A stretch of 36,701 nt of DNA, taken from positions 1 to 36,701 of the forward strand of contig JAUQVK010000009.1 of assembly GCA_039794845.1 (NCBI GenBank). Reading direction: 5' to 3'. This DNA comes from Thermostichus sp. DRC_bins_24. Lineage in GTDB: Bacteria > Cyanobacteriota > Cyanobacteriia > Thermostichales > Thermostichaceae. The notes beneath the pieces are model-generated. The model was not told the origin of the DNA. It made no database searches and saw only the letters and a program-made list of their open reading frames with translations. Positions within the stretch are counted from its first letter, which is position 1. Each line of letters begins with the position of its first letter. The translations under genes were made by a program, and so were the position numbers. Below, piece by piece: positions 27,552 to 36,701 of the stretch.

Positions 27552-27731
27552 ACCGCGCAACTCAAAGCAAACACTGAGTGGTAGGGAGCTAACGCTTTTG
27601 TTATCCTGTCGCATGAGCTCCCTCTTTGGGAGGGAAAAGCCGGCAAATTCTGCCCGACATCGGAGACTGGCGCGGCTAAGTGAGCATTTGTAGCAGCATG
27701 GCGTGGCTCCGTCGGCAAGCTTGGAGAGAGG
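27552..27731 (+). ncRNA. ssrS: 6S RNA (SsrS/SsaA)
   Basis: ACCGC...AACACTGAGTGGTAGGGAGCTAACG...GCATGAGCTCCC resembles cyanobacterial 6S as I recall it (AACACYGA.AGGTCGGGAGCTAACG...GCGTGAACTCCC). Rod-like pairings seen: CTGA/TCGG (27574/27660), GGTAGGG/TTCTGCC (27580/27648), GCTTTT/AAAAGC (27594/27635), CTCCC/GGGAG (27618/27628). The 3' end is uncertain (27675-27731). Confidence 0.7.
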
Positions 27732-27741
27732 ATGGGATCTG

Positions 27742-28515
27742 ATGTTTACTTGGCTCTGGACGAAACAGTTTTCTCGCATGAACCAGAGGCTACAGAGCTT
27801 GGAGGTAGCCCGCCAGGAAAACCTTTTGTCTCCCGATCTGAGTGCCCAAACCCTGCAGGTAGCCCCCGACTTTTGGGAACGACAGCATCAGGCCTTTGTT
27901 TATGTAGATAAGCAAATTCAGAAGGTGAGCCGCAGCAGCAAGATTTGGGGGGGCATGGCGCTGCTGGCGATTTTGGCGGATGTGGCTTTGGTGGTGGCGG
28001 GCCTGGCGGCGTTTCAGTCCTGGCAGCAGATGCGGGCCGACCAGCACTTAACCCGCATTTCCCAGCAGGCTATGGCTGCCGACCCTGTCCAGCAAGCCTT
28101 TAACGATTTGGTGGCCCAGCTGCCCCAGATGAGTGTGACGGAGCAGTCTCGTGCCCTGGAGGCCTTGAACGCCCTCTCGGCGATCTCGATGGCCCGCAGT
28201 GGCAGTGGCCATTACTATGGCGGTTCCTCGAGCTTCTCTGTGTACGGTACCGTTCCTACGGCTGCTGCAACCCCCCTGGAGGCCCAGTTGCAAACCATCT
28301 ATCAGCTGGGGCAAATGCGTTCGGTCGAGGCGGTGCCGGCTTTGCTCACCAAGCTCTCGGATAGCGAGCCGGTGGTGCGGGAGGCGGCAGCTCGTGCCTT
28401 GGGCCAAATTGGGGATCCACGCGCTCTGGATCCCTTGCACAATCTGTTGGTCCATGAGCCGAACGAATTGGTTCAGGATGCAGCAATTGGTTCGATTGCG
28501 CAAATGCTGCGCTAA
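27742..28515 (+). CDS. Membrane protein with C-terminal HEAT/PBS-lyase-like repeats
   Basis: TM segment IWGGMALLAILADVALVVAGLAAF. Repeats AVPALLTKLSDSEPVVREAAARALGQIGDPRALDPL..LL..EPNELVQDAA. Confidence 0.8.
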   Translation: MFTWLWTKQFSRMNQRLQSLEVARQENLLSPDLSAQTLQVAPDFWERQHQAFVYVDKQIQKVSRSSKIWGGMALLAILADVALVVAGLAAFQSWQQMRADQHLTRISQQAMAADPVQQAFNDLVAQLPQMSVTEQSRALEALNALSAISMARSGSGHYYGGSSSFSVYGTVPTAAATPLEAQLQTIYQLGQMRSVEAVPALLTKLSDSEPVVREAAARALGQIGDPRALDPLHNLLVHEPNELVQDAAIGSIAQMLR

Positions 28516-28578
28516 TTGAGAAGCGGTGAAGAATGGCTCATGCGTTGTATAGGTCGTGGTGGGGTTGAGGCATTGGGG

Positions 28579-29466
28579 ATGAACATCAGCATCATGGGCA
28601 GACTGGGCAAGCTGCTGGGGATATTCTGTTGGGTCTGGGGATCCACGCTGCCGGTTTGGGCACAGGATCCCTTTCGCAGTGGGGCCAATGCCCGCCCGAT
28701 CAGCCCGGAGGTGGCAGCTGCCTTTGAGGAGTTCTTCTGCGCGGGCCGCTACAGCCAAAGCCGGGAGAAACTGGAGGCCGCCAAAGCAGCCTCACCGGAA
28801 GAGCCGATGGTCTATGCCCTGCTGGCGGCACTGGCCTACCAGGAGGGGGATATGCAGGAGTTTGCCCAGATGGCCACCCGAACCCGACAGGTGGCCACAG
28901 AGCTGAAAAAGACGGATCCCCTGCGGGGCCATCTTTACGAGGGTGTAGGCTACGGGCTGGAGGCGGCCAATACAGTGGTGCGTGATGGGGTGGTGATCGG
29001 CTTGCCCAAGGCTTTGCCAACCCTGAATCAACTGTTTGCCTCCATTCGAGCGGCACAGGCGCTGGATGGTAGCGATCCGGAGCTGAACCTTTTGAATGGC
29101 TATATGGATCTGCTGCTGACTTACCGAGAAAAGGCCCTAAACCAATTTCGATTGGCGGCCCCCGACTACATGTCCTACCGTGGACAAGCTTTGGCCTATC
29201 GGGATATGCAGCGCTACGAAGAGGCCCTTGCGGCGGTGGATCAAGCCATTGCCACCTCCTGCGACAATCCCGAGCTGTACTACCTGAAGGCGCAGATTTT
29301 GGTCTCCAAAGGGGCAGATCGAGAAGCTGTTCCCCTCTTTGATCAAGCCCTGCAAGCCTCGGCGCAATTGCCCGAATCGCTGGTGGATCAAATTCAGATG
29401 GAACGGGATCGCGCCGCCCAACGGGGAGGGTTAACCGGACAGTTGCCCGCTGGGGCTACCCCATGA
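28579..29466 (+). CDS. Sll0314/Alr1548-family TPR-repeat exported protein
   Basis: Signal peptide ...PVWAQDPFR, DPLRGHLY.GVG..LE, DPELNLLNGYMDLLL, YRGQALAYRD, NPELYYLKAQIL. Start is 28579 or 28594. Confidence 0.8.
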   Translation: MNISIMGRLGKLLGIFCWVWGSTLPVWAQDPFRSGANARPISPEVAAAFEEFFCAGRYSQSREKLEAAKAASPEEPMVYALLAALAYQEGDMQEFAQMATRTRQVATELKKTDPLRGHLYEGVGYGLEAANTVVRDGVVIGLPKALPTLNQLFASIRAAQALDGSDPELNLLNGYMDLLLTYREKALNQFRLAAPDYMSYRGQALAYRDMQRYEEALAAVDQAIATSCDNPELYYLKAQILVSKGADREAVPLFDQALQASAQLPESLVDQIQMERDRAAQRGGLTGQLPAGATP

Positions 29467-30017
29467 GTTTACGCATCAGCGGTAAACGAGAGTTGCAAAC
29501 CCCCGCCGGCCTAGGCACCCGACCGACCCCTTCGCGGGTACGGCAGGCGCTGTTTAACATTTTGCAAGGGCGAATCGAGGGTTGCCGTTGGCTGGATCTG
29601 TGCTGTGGTGCCGGCACGGTGGGGGCAGAAGCCCTGTGTCGGGGGGCCGCCTTCGTCGCCGGCATCGAGATCGCCGCCCCCGCCTGTCGGATCATTCGGG
29701 CCAACTGGGCCAAAGTGGCGCGGCCAGAACAAGCTTTTCAGGTGATTCAGGGGGATGCCCGCAAGTTGCTGAGCCGCGGGCTAGGCTTGGATCCCTTTGA
29801 TTATGTCTATTTTGCCCCCCCTTATGAGGCGGGGCTGTACACCCCACTTCTGCCCCGAATCCCCCCTCTTCTCAACCCCGAGCAGGGGATCCTGATTGTG
29901 GAGCATCGCACCGGCCACGAGCTACCGGAACAGGTGGGATCCCTGCTGCGGTTCGACCAGCGCACCTACGGACAAACCACCCTGGCCTTTTATCGAGAAC
30001 TGGGGGAGGGGCTCTAG
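29463..30017 (+). CDS. rsmD: 16S rRNA (guanine966-N2)-methyltransferase
   Basis: LRISG, TRPTPSRVRQALFNIL, WLDLCCGAG.VGAEALCRGA, (D>A)PPY, YGQT.L.FY. Confidence 0.9.
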   Translation: MSLRISGKRELQTPAGLGTRPTPSRVRQALFNILQGRIEGCRWLDLCCGAGTVGAEALCRGAAFVAGIEIAAPACRIIRANWAKVARPEQAFQVIQGDARKLLSRGLGLDPFDYVYFAPPYEAGLYTPLLPRIPPLLNPEQGILIVEHRTGHELPEQVGSLLRFDQRTYGQTTLAFYRELGEGL

Positions 30018-30592
30018 CTGGGGTAAGGGGTGCTGACGAAGCCGATTTCCAGCAGCTGCTGATAGGCTTGGGTACCCAATTCGCGGGTGGGGCTCTGGCT
30101 GCTGATTACCTGAATAAGGCGACTTACCGCTTCTTCCGGGCGACCCGAGGCGCGATAGACAATGGCCAAATCGTAAGCCGCTTGATCCCGTTCTTGGGCA
30201 GCCACGCGGGCCAGCTCCCGTTGCTCTTCTGAAATGCGGTTTTGGATCCCGGCAAAGGCGCGAGAGAGTTCTTGATGGTAGTTGGAGCGCTGGTTGTAAG
30301 CCTCAAACACTTGTTGCAAAAGTTCGGCGGCCCGATCGAAGTTTTGCGCTTGCAGGGCGGCGTTGGCTTCAGCGGCCAGTTGTTCGGCACGCAACACGCT
30401 GAGGGTGCTGCTGGGTTGTTCTAAAGCCCGAAACTGTTGCGGATTGGGAATGAGCTGTTGCCCAGGGGGGGCAGGCAGTTGCTGGGCAGTGGCCCAAAAG
30501 CCCGACCCCACTCCCAGGGCAAGGCCCAAAAACAGGCCCAGAAACAGACGTGTCCAAGAACGGCGCAGAAAGTCAAACCCATGTCCAATCAT
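30014..30592 (-). CDS. Conserved cyanobacterial TPR-like hypothetical protein, exported or membrane-anchored
   Basis: N-terminal hydrophobic segment. NQRSNYHQELSRAFAGI, AQERDQAAYDLAIVYRA and SQSPTRELGTQAYQQLLEIGFV match a conserved cyanobacterial family as I recall it. Start uncertain. Confidence 0.75.
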   Translation of the reverse strand: MIGHGFDFLRRSWTRLFLGLFLGLALGVGSGFWATAQQLPAPPGQQLIPNPQQFRALEQPSSTLSVLRAEQLAAEANAALQAQNFDRAAELLQQVFEAYNQRSNYHQELSRAFAGIQNRISEEQRELARVAAQERDQAAYDLAIVYRASGRPEEAVSRLIQVISSQSPTRELGTQAYQQLLEIGFVSTPYPS

Positions 30593-30688
30593 TTGCAGGT
30601 AATCCTCAAAACCTTTTTTGACCCGTTCCAATCTACCTTACTCTCCTCCCCGCAGGCTGGGATCCAAACGGGAAAGGGATCCCGTTGC

Positions 30689-32224
30689 TTATCCCTTCGG
30701 GGAGACAGGGCGGGGCTTGGCGGGAATGGTGCTGCTGGGATGGGGCTCTGGAGGGGTTTTGCTACGGGATTGGGCGGCTTCGGATTCCACCGGTGGGGAT
30801 GCTTCCGGCAACAGGGGTAGGTTGAGGATGAGCTCGTACATATGGATGTATTCCAGCGCCGACCGCTGCCAACTGAAGTTGGTGGCCATGCCCCGCTTTT
30901 GTAGAGCTTGCCAGGTGTCTTTGTGCTGGAAGGCCTCCCAAGCCCGTGCCAGGCAGGTGTAAAAATCCAAAGCCTCATAGCGGTCAAAACAATAACCCGT
31001 GCCAATTCCCTTGCTGGGGACATGATGGCTGACGGTATCCACCAACCCCCCTGTGCGCCGCACAATCGGCACACAGCCGTAGCGCATGGCGATCATCTGG
31101 CTAATGCCACAGGGCTCAAACCGGCTCGGCATTAAGAACGCATCGGCCCCCCCGTAGATCAACTGGGCCAGTTTCGGTTGGTAGCCCTGCTGATAGGACA
31201 TCTTGCCGGGATGTCGCTCGGCCATTTCTCGCATCCGCCCTTCGTAGTAGGCTTCGCCGCTGCCCAGCACCACACATTGAGCATCGCTGTAGGCCAGGAA
31301 GCGATCCAGAGCCTGAATTAACAGATCGATCCCTTTTTGCTCCACCAAACGGGCCACCATGCCCAGCACGAACACCTCTGAGTTGGCTGTCAAACCGGTT
31401 CGAGCCTGAAGTGCGGCTTTGTTCACGGCCCGTCCCCTCAGATCGCTGCTGCTGAAAGGAGCCTCTAGGGCTGTATCGGTACTGGGATCCACCTTTTTCA
31501 GGTCAATACCATTCAAAATGCCCCGCAGACGGTCTCCCTTCCAGGCCAGCAGATCCTGTAGACCTTCACCGTGCAGAGGGGTGCGAATCTCCATCGCATA
31601 GGTGGGAGAAACGGTATTCACCTGATCGGCGTAGAGGATCCCGGCAGCCATGGCATTGTGAGCGGAGAAATACCAGGGCAACCAAGTCATGCGTTCCAGC
31701 TGCCAGCGCCAAGGCCCCTGATAGGCCAAGTTGTGAATGGTGAACACCGTGCCGATATCAGAAGCCTGGTGCATCCAAGCCGGGATCATGGCCGTGTGCC
31801 AATCGTGGCAGTGGATGATGTTGGGCTTCCAAGGATAGTAGGTCCAGGCAAACTCGGCGACGGCATTGGCAAAAAAGGTGAAACGCCAGAACTCATCCTC
31901 GCCGTAATAGATGCGATGGGGAGCAAAAGAATAGTGGCTGACCAAGTACAGAGGCACATCCGTTCCCGGCAGCACGCTCTCATAAATCTCCGCCACCTGG
32001 CCCATGACCTCTTTGGCCCAAATCGGCTCTGGAGAGCGCCAGTACTGATCGGGCTTTTCGCCAAACTGCTCCCACAAGAAGCCGTAGAGCGGCATGATGA
32101 TGCGCACATCCTGCCCAAAACCTCGCAACACCGAGGGCAGGGATCCCACCACATCCGCCATGCCCCCTACCTTGGCCAGTGGTGCTGCCTCCGCCGACGC
32201 GAACAAAATCCTGGCTCGAACCAC
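30689..32224 (-). CDS. glgA: Glycogen synthase
   Basis: [75 protein letters not shown] 32224 has GGAGG upstream. Confidence 0.96.
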   Translation of the reverse strand: MVRARILFASAEAAPLAKVGGMADVVGSLPSVLRGFGQDVRIIMPLYGFLWEQFGEKPDQYWRSPEPIWAKEVMGQVAEIYESVLPGTDVPLYLVSHYSFAPHRIYYGEDEFWRFTFFANAVAEFAWTYYPWKPNIIHCHDWHTAMIPAWMHQASDIGTVFTIHNLAYQGPWRWQLERMTWLPWYFSAHNAMAAGILYADQVNTVSPTYAMEIRTPLHGEGLQDLLAWKGDRLRGILNGIDLKKVDPSTDTALEAPFSSSDLRGRAVNKAALQARTGLTANSEVFVLGMVARLVEQKGIDLLIQALDRFLAYSDAQCVVLGSGEAYYEGRMREMAERHPGKMSYQQGYQPKLAQLIYGGADAFLMPSRFEPCGISQMIAMRYGCVPIVRRTGGLVDTVSHHVPSKGIGTGYCFDRYEALDFYTCLARAWEAFQHKDTWQALQKRGMATNFSWQRSALEYIHMYELILNLPLLPEASPPVESEAAQSRSKTPPEPHPSSTIPAKPRPVSPKG

Positions 32225-32454
32225 AGTGACCTCCGTGTTGTTCCGGATCCCAGCCCAGTTGCCTGCAGCCAAAACCCTTCCCATCCTAAAACAGAAGGGA
32301 TCCCTGCACCGGATGGGTTGCTCTCAAGCATAATCCTGAGATTGTGTTGCAGATTCTTGATATTTCGTAAGATAGAAGGACGGTATCGCTCAGTCTTGTC
32401 ATGGGCGCTGCTGTATTGCACTTTATCCGTTGTTATTCCGGAGACATTCATTCT

Positions 32455-33513
32455 ATGACCATAGCGGTAGGACGCGTGCGTCAGGAGCGAGGATGGTTCG
32501 ACATCGTCGATGACTGGCTCAAACGCGACAGATTTGTCTTCATCGGCTGGTCCGGCCTGTTGCTGTTCCCCTGTGCCTTCTTGGCCTTGGGGGGCTGGCT
32601 GACCGGCACCACGTTTGTAACCTCCTGGTACACCCACGGGTTGGCCAGCTCCTACTTGGAAGGGGCGAACTTTCTGACGGTGGCGGTGTCCACCCCCGCC
32701 GACAGCATGGGCCACAGCCTGTTGCTGCTGTGGGGCCCGGAAGCCCAAGGGAACTTCACCCGCTGGTGCCAAATCGGGGGGCTGTGGACGTTTGTGGCAT
32801 TGCACGGGGCCTTTGGTCTGATCGGCTTCATGCTGCGGCAGTTTGAGATTGCCCGGCTGGTGGGGGTGCGTCCCTACAATGCCATCGCCTTCAGTGCACC
32901 GATTGCGGTGTTTGTGAGCGTGTTTTTGATGTACCCCTTGGGGCAGAGCAGCTGGTTTTTCGCCCCCAGCTTTGGAGTGGCGGGGATTTTCCGCTTTCTG
33001 CTGTTTTTGCAAGGGTTCCACAACTGGACCTTGAACCCGTTCCACATGATGGGTGTGGCGGGTGTGCTGGGGGGAGCGCTGCTGTGCGCCATTCACGGGG
33101 CGACGGTGGAGAACACCTTGTTCCAGGATGGGGAAGCGGCGAACACCTTCCGGGCGTTTGAGCCGACGCAGTCGGAAGAGACCTATTCGATGGTGACGGC
33201 GAACCGGTTTTGGAGCCAGATTTTTGGGATTGCGTTTAGCAACAAGCGCTGGCTGCACTTTTTCATGTTGTTTGTGCCGGTGACGGGGCTGTGGATGGCC
33301 AGCATCGGGATTGTGGGGTTGGCGTTGAACCTGCGGGCCTATGACTTTATCAGTCAGGAGACGCGGGCGGCGGAAGACCCTGAGTTTGAGACCTTCTACA
33401 CCAAGAACATTCTCTTGAACGAGGGGATTCGGGCTTGGATGGCGCCTCAAGACCAGCCCCATGAGCGGTTTGTCTTCCCCGAAGAGGTGCTCCCCCGCGG
33501 CAATGCCCTCTAA
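32455..33513 (+). CDS. psbD: Photosystem II D2 protein, monocistronic copy (psbD2-type)
   Basis: MTIAVGR...[16 protein letters not shown]...[10 protein letters not shown], 352 aa. No psbC follows, and the position of the overlapping psbC GTG start reads GCG. Confidence 0.98.
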   Translation: MTIAVGRVRQERGWFDIVDDWLKRDRFVFIGWSGLLLFPCAFLALGGWLTGTTFVTSWYTHGLASSYLEGANFLTVAVSTPADSMGHSLLLLWGPEAQGNFTRWCQIGGLWTFVALHGAFGLIGFMLRQFEIARLVGVRPYNAIAFSAPIAVFVSVFLMYPLGQSSWFFAPSFGVAGIFRFLLFLQGFHNWTLNPFHMMGVAGVLGGALLCAIHGATVENTLFQDGEAANTFRAFEPTQSEETYSMVTANRFWSQIFGIAFSNKRWLHFFMLFVPVTGLWMASIGIVGLALNLRAYDFISQETRAAEDPEFETFYTKNILLNEGIRAWMAPQDQPHERFVFPEEVLPRGNAL

Positions 33514-33536
33514 TGCCCTCTAGAGTCAACCCCTCG

Positions 33537-33570
33537 GACTTTCGCCGGGGATCCCCTCCCGGCGCGAGTT
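33537..33570. terminator. GC-rich hairpin between convergent psbD and thiM (terminator or stabiliser)
   Basis: CGCCGGG(33543-49) pairs with CCCGGCG(33558-64), extended by GACTT/GAGTT. There is no clean U-tract. Confidence 0.55.
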
Positions 33571-33627
33571 AGAGGATCAATGGGATCCTGAGACCTGCGG
33601 GTTAAGGGATCCCTATATTTTTTGGGG

Positions 33628-34506
33628 TCAATTCGCCAAGCTAACCGCCGCCTGTACCTGCCCTCGTGCCCTGAGGGTGGATCCCTCCACCGCATCCAAA
33701 GCATCCAGAAAGGCCACCGCGAAACTGCCCGGACGAGTGGCCTGTTCTGCCGCCAGCTCTGATGCCACCGCAACATGGGTATGGGCGGCCACCAAAGCCG
33801 TGAAGGGATCCGCTGTCACCGCCCCATAGGCAGCGGCCAAAGCCCCCAGCGCACATCCTGCCGCCGTGACTCGCGTTAGTAGCGCATTGCCCCCACCGAT
33901 GCGGATTAGGGTCGGGGTTTCCGCCACCCGGCCCACCACATGATCCACCGCCCCAGAGGCAGACACTGCTCTGGCATGGTCGAGCAATTTCAGGGCAGAA
34001 TCCACAGCAGCACTGGGTTCCGCGGTGCTATCCACTCCCCGTGCGCCTTCCCCTAACCCGGCTAAGCCGATGATCTCGGAGGCATTGCCGCGAATCATGG
34101 CCGGATGATGCTGCAACAGCTCGAGGGCAATTCCCCCCCGCCAGGGCAGGCCACCGGCCCCGATGGGATCCAAAACCCAGGGTTTACCCGCTTCATGAGC
34201 GGCGGCGGCGGCCAAGCGCATCGCCTCCACCTGGGCTTGGGTGGGGGTACCCAAGTTGATCAACACCGCACTCGCCACACGCGCAAACAGGCCGGCCTCC
34301 TCCGGGTTGTCCACCATGGCTGGAGAAGCCCCCACCGCCAGCAAGGCATTGGCCATGAAATTGGTGGAAACCCTGTTGGTGAGGCATTGCACCAAAGGGC
34401 ATTGCGCTCGCAAGGCCGCCTGAGCGGCGATCACCTCTTCTAGGGTGGGAGCATGAGGGGCGGAGGTTGCCGGGGCCATGGGTTGGTGAAGGGTAAAGCT
34501 GTGCAT
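33628..34506 (-). CDS. thiM: Hydroxyethylthiazole kinase
   Basis: PLVQCLTNRV..NF.ANALLAVGASPAM, LINLGT, PWVLDPIGAG, IRGNASEI..LAG, GVDS, SGAVD, VTAAGCALGA, PGSF....LDAL. Start is 34506 or 34479. Confidence 0.92.
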   Translation of the reverse strand: MHSFTLHQPMAPATSAPHAPTLEEVIAAQAALRAQCPLVQCLTNRVSTNFMANALLAVGASPAMVDNPEEAGLFARVASAVLINLGTPTQAQVEAMRLAAAAAHEAGKPWVLDPIGAGGLPWRGGIALELLQHHPAMIRGNASEIIGLAGLGEGARGVDSTAEPSAAVDSALKLLDHARAVSASGAVDHVVGRVAETPTLIRIGGGNALLTRVTAAGCALGALAAAYGAVTADPFTALVAAHTHVAVASELAAEQATRPGSFAVAFLDALDAVEGSTLRARGQVQAAVSLAN

Positions 34507-34511
34507 TTGGT

Positions 34512-35078
34512 TTAAGAGGCAGGGATCCCTTCTCGCAGTCGGGCGCGAATCGCCTGCCAAACCTGTTCCACCAACAAGGCGGGCGGGGTTTCCGTCTGGA
34601 TCGGGACCCGCACATCCGCTTGGGCGTAAAAAGGCTGCCGCTGCTGCATCAAAGTTTGTAGGGCCACCTGAGGGTGGTGGGTTTGCAACAGGGGACGTTG
34701 GCCGGGATCCTTGCACAGCCGTTCCCAGATCAGGGCCGGAGCTACATCCAGCCAGAGGGTGAGACCGTGGTGCAGGTAGCTCCAATTTTGCGGGCGCAGC
34801 ACAATCCCCCCGCCGGTGGCGATCACCAGTCGGGTGTAGCTGCTCAACTGGGCCAGCACCTGGGTTTCCAGATCCCGGAAGGCGGCTTCACCTTGGTCGG
34901 CAAAAATCTGGGGGATCGGGCAACCGGCCACCTGCTCCACCAGCACATCCGTATCGAAAAATTGGCACCGCAACTGAGCCGCCAGCTCCGCCCCCAAGGT
35001 GGATTTGCCACTGGCCATCATGCCGATTAAGTAAATATTCACGCCCCGCAGGCGCTCGGCTTCTTCGGGATGAATCAT
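34512..35078 (-). CDS. aroK: Shikimate kinase
   Basis: [44 protein letters not shown]...Y.QAD. Confidence 0.95.
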   Translation of the reverse strand: MIHPEEAERLRGVNIYLIGMMASGKSTLGAELAAQLRCQFFDTDVLVEQVAGCPIPQIFADQGEAAFRDLETQVLAQLSSYTRLVIATGGGIVLRPQNWSYLHHGLTLWLDVAPALIWERLCKDPGQRPLLQTHHPQVALQTLMQQRQPFYAQADVRVPIQTETPPALLVEQVWQAIRARLREGIPAS

Positions 35079-35093
35079 GAATTGCCGGAAGAC

Positions 35094-35729
35094 CTAACCA
35101 TAGCCATGCTCGGCCAGAAACTCCAAAGAAATGGCACTGTCGGGTGAACCCAGACCCAACAATTTTTCCACATACTTGCCCAGCATATCCACCTCCACAT
35201 TCACCGGATCCCCGACTTGCAGCAGGGCCAGATTGGTGTCGCGGTAGGTCTGGGGAATCACCGCTACCCGAAACCAGCAGCCCCCCTGGCGCACCTCAGC
35301 AATGGTTAGGCTGACCCCGTTCACCGCCACACTGCCCTTGGGCACGATGTAACGGCCAATATCGCTCGGAACCTTAAAGCTCAGCTCCCAGGCTGTTCCT
35401 GTAGCAGCTTGATCCCACAGGTGGCCAACCCCGTCGATGTGGCCGCTGACGAAATGGCCCCCCAGCTTATCCCCCACCCGCAGGGAAAGTTCCAGATTGA
35501 CGGTACGCTGGCCGGATCCCTGACCCCAGGTGGAACGGCGCACCGTCTCGGGAGAGACATCCGCCAAAAAGCCATCGGGCAGAAGCTCCACCACCGTCAG
35601 GCAGAGGCCATCCACAGCAACGCTATCTCCGTAGGCCAGTTGGGGCTGTAGGGCCGGACAGGTCACTTGTACCCGCCCCGGGCCAATGAGCCGGGCCGTT
35701 CCCATGCTTTGCACCAAGCCCGTAAACAT
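35094..35729 (-). CDS. ribE: Riboflavin synthase (alpha chain)
   Basis: MFTGLVQ, GDSVAVDGLCLTV, VNLE.SL.VGDKLGGHFVSGHIDG, KGSVAVNGVSLT, VNVEVDMLGKYV. Confidence 0.93.
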   Translation of the reverse strand: MFTGLVQSMGTARLIGPGRVQVTCPALQPQLAYGDSVAVDGLCLTVVELLPDGFLADVSPETVRRSTWGQGSGQRTVNLELSLRVGDKLGGHFVSGHIDGVGHLWDQAATGTAWELSFKVPSDIGRYIVPKGSVAVNGVSLTIAEVRQGGCWFRVAVIPQTYRDTNLALLQVGDPVNVEVDMLGKYVEKLLGLGSPDSAISLEFLAEHGYG

Positions 35730-35747
35730 TCAGACAGCCTCCTAACC

Positions 35748-36701
35748 TCAAGTTTTGCTAGCGGCTTTTTTGGCTTCTTGTTTTTCTCTTTGTTTTTCTC
35801 GCTCTTTGGCTCGTTTTGCAGCGGCCTTGGCAGCTTTTTCGGCAGCCATTTGTGCTTGTCGAGCTTTTTCTTTCTCCTCCTCGATTTTCTCAAGGTAGTA
35901 GTGATAATCGCCTAAGTAGGAAATTAACTCCCCATCCCGAATTTCCACAATTTTGTTGGCCACCTGCGAGATGAAGTAACGGTCGTGAGAGACGATGATC
36001 ACGGTGCCATCGTAGTGCTGCAGAGCCTCCTCCAACATCTCTTTGGCGGGGATATCCAGGTGATTGGTGGGCTCATCCAAAATCAACAAATTGGCCGGTT
36101 GTAGCAACATTTTCGCCAGCGCCAAGCGGGCTTTTTCTCCTCCGCTCAGGGCCGCCACTTTCTTAAAGACCGTATCCCCACTGAACAGGAACCGACCCAG
36201 TAAGGTTCGCACTTCTTCATTTTTCCAATCGGGTACCTCATCGTGGATCGTATCCATGACGGTTTTGCTTAGATCCAGGGCCTCCGCTTGATTCTGCTCA
36301 AAATAGGAGGGAATGACGTTATGCGCCCCCAGCTTGACGGATCCCTCCGTGGGGCACTCCAACCCCATGATTAGGCGTAAAAGGGTGGATTTACCGGCTC
36401 CGTTCGGCCCCAAAAAGGCCACGCGATCCCCGCGCTCGATCAGCAGCTCCGCCCCCAAGAAGAGAATTTTATCCCCATAGCTGTGGGTTAAGTCTTTGAT
36501 CTCTACCACTTCACGACCACTGCGGGGAGCCGGTGGAAAGCGAAACTTGAGGGTACGCACATCACCCACAGGAGCTTCAACGCGCTCGATTTTCTCCAGT
36601 TGCTTCTCACGACTTTTGGCCTGGGTGCTGCGGGTGGCGCTGGCCCGGAATCGATCCACAAAGGCTTGCTGTTTTTCGATTTCTTTTTGCTGGCGTTCGT
36701 A
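35748..36701 (-). CDS. ABC-F family ATP-binding protein (3' part; 5' end lies outside the window)
   Basis: Linker FRASATRSTQAKSREK, second NBD GPNGAGKSTL, LSGGEKARL, LLILDEPTNHLD, VSHDRYFI. No TM segments, and a Lys-rich tail. Confidence 0.92.
   Translation of the reverse strand, partial: YERQQKEIEKQQAFVDRFRASATRSTQAKSREKQLEKIERVEAPVGDVRTLKFRFPPAPRSGREVVEIKDLTHSYGDKILFLGAELLIERGDRVAFLGPNGAGKSTLLRLIMGLECPTEGSVKLGAHNVIPSYFEQNQAEALDLSKTVMDTIHDEVPDWKNEEVRTLLGRFLFSGDTVFKKVAALSGGEKARLALAKMLLQPANLLILDEPTNHLDIPAKEMLEEALQHYDGTVIIVSHDRYFISQVANKIVEIRDGELISYLGDYHYYLEKIEEEKEKARQAQMAAEKAAKAAAKRAKEREKQREKQEAKKAASKT

Larger units (their letters stand above)
1..36701. repeat. Highly iterated palindrome GGGATCCC (HIP1 variant), dispersed
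   Basis: GGGATCCC/GGATCC recurs many dozens of times by eye (e.g. 470, 498, 603, 1184, 3307, 4209, 7503, 15917, 33606), in coding and intergenic DNA. GGGATCCC is the known HIP1 replacement in Yellowstone Synechococcus JA strains. Confidence 0.9.

Noticed and set aside
27625..27685. GGGAAAAGCCGGCAAATTC as a cobalamin riboswitch
   Set aside because: It lacks the B12 box and the CCCGC-ACTGT elements, and the region fits 6S RNA better.
31571..32458. 295-aa ORF antisense to glgA, and similar 150-250 aa antisense ORFs elsewhere
   Set aside because: Expected shadow ORFs in GC-rich coding DNA, with no domain signal.
32167..33462. 431-aa ORF antisense to psbD
   Set aside because: Shadow ORF on the opposite strand of a highly conserved gene, with no recognisable motifs.
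33525..33552. Minus-strand CCCCGG...CCGAGGGGTTGAC as another IS605 right end
   Set aside because: The resemblance is short, and the same bases form a stronger alternative terminator-like hairpin. No other element sequence is nearby.
33575..33612. CTGAGA-containing segment near thiM as a TPP riboswitch
   Set aside because: It lies downstream of thiM, on the wrong side, and lacks the other TPP core motifs.

Overview
A 36.7 kb stretch of mostly core chromosome from a cyanobacterium. The heavy use of the palindrome GGGATCCC, instead of canonical HIP1 GCGATCGC, and the gene set point to a hot-spring Synechococcus/Thermostichus (JA-3-3Ab / JA-2-3B'a-like); this assignment is inference. About 35 genes are readable. 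Housekeeping and photosynthesis genes: bciB, rre1/ycf29, rnb, sfsA, labA-like NYN, carotenoid oxygenase, hisS, rsmE, prmA, pcyA, rdgB, tmk, potD, rsmD, glgA, a monocistronic psbD, aroK, ribE and an ABC-F ATPase. Genes unusual for cyanobacteria: an ETF-QO/FixC-FixX-like flavoprotein with an 8-Cys ferredoxin tail, thiM, and a Urc1-type GTP cyclohydrolase II paralogue. Non-coding features: a probable 6S RNA (about 27552-27731), an SphR/Pho-box upstream of a CHAD gene, an internally deleted IS701 with both inverted repeats, a tnpB 5' fragment, and two related (about 82% identical) IS200/IS605-derived non-coding elements upstream of rre1 and the carotenoid oxygenase, with a smaller related module near 27.4 kb. 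I see no CRISPR array, prophage or defence island. All family calls come from recognising motifs by eye; no searches were run.
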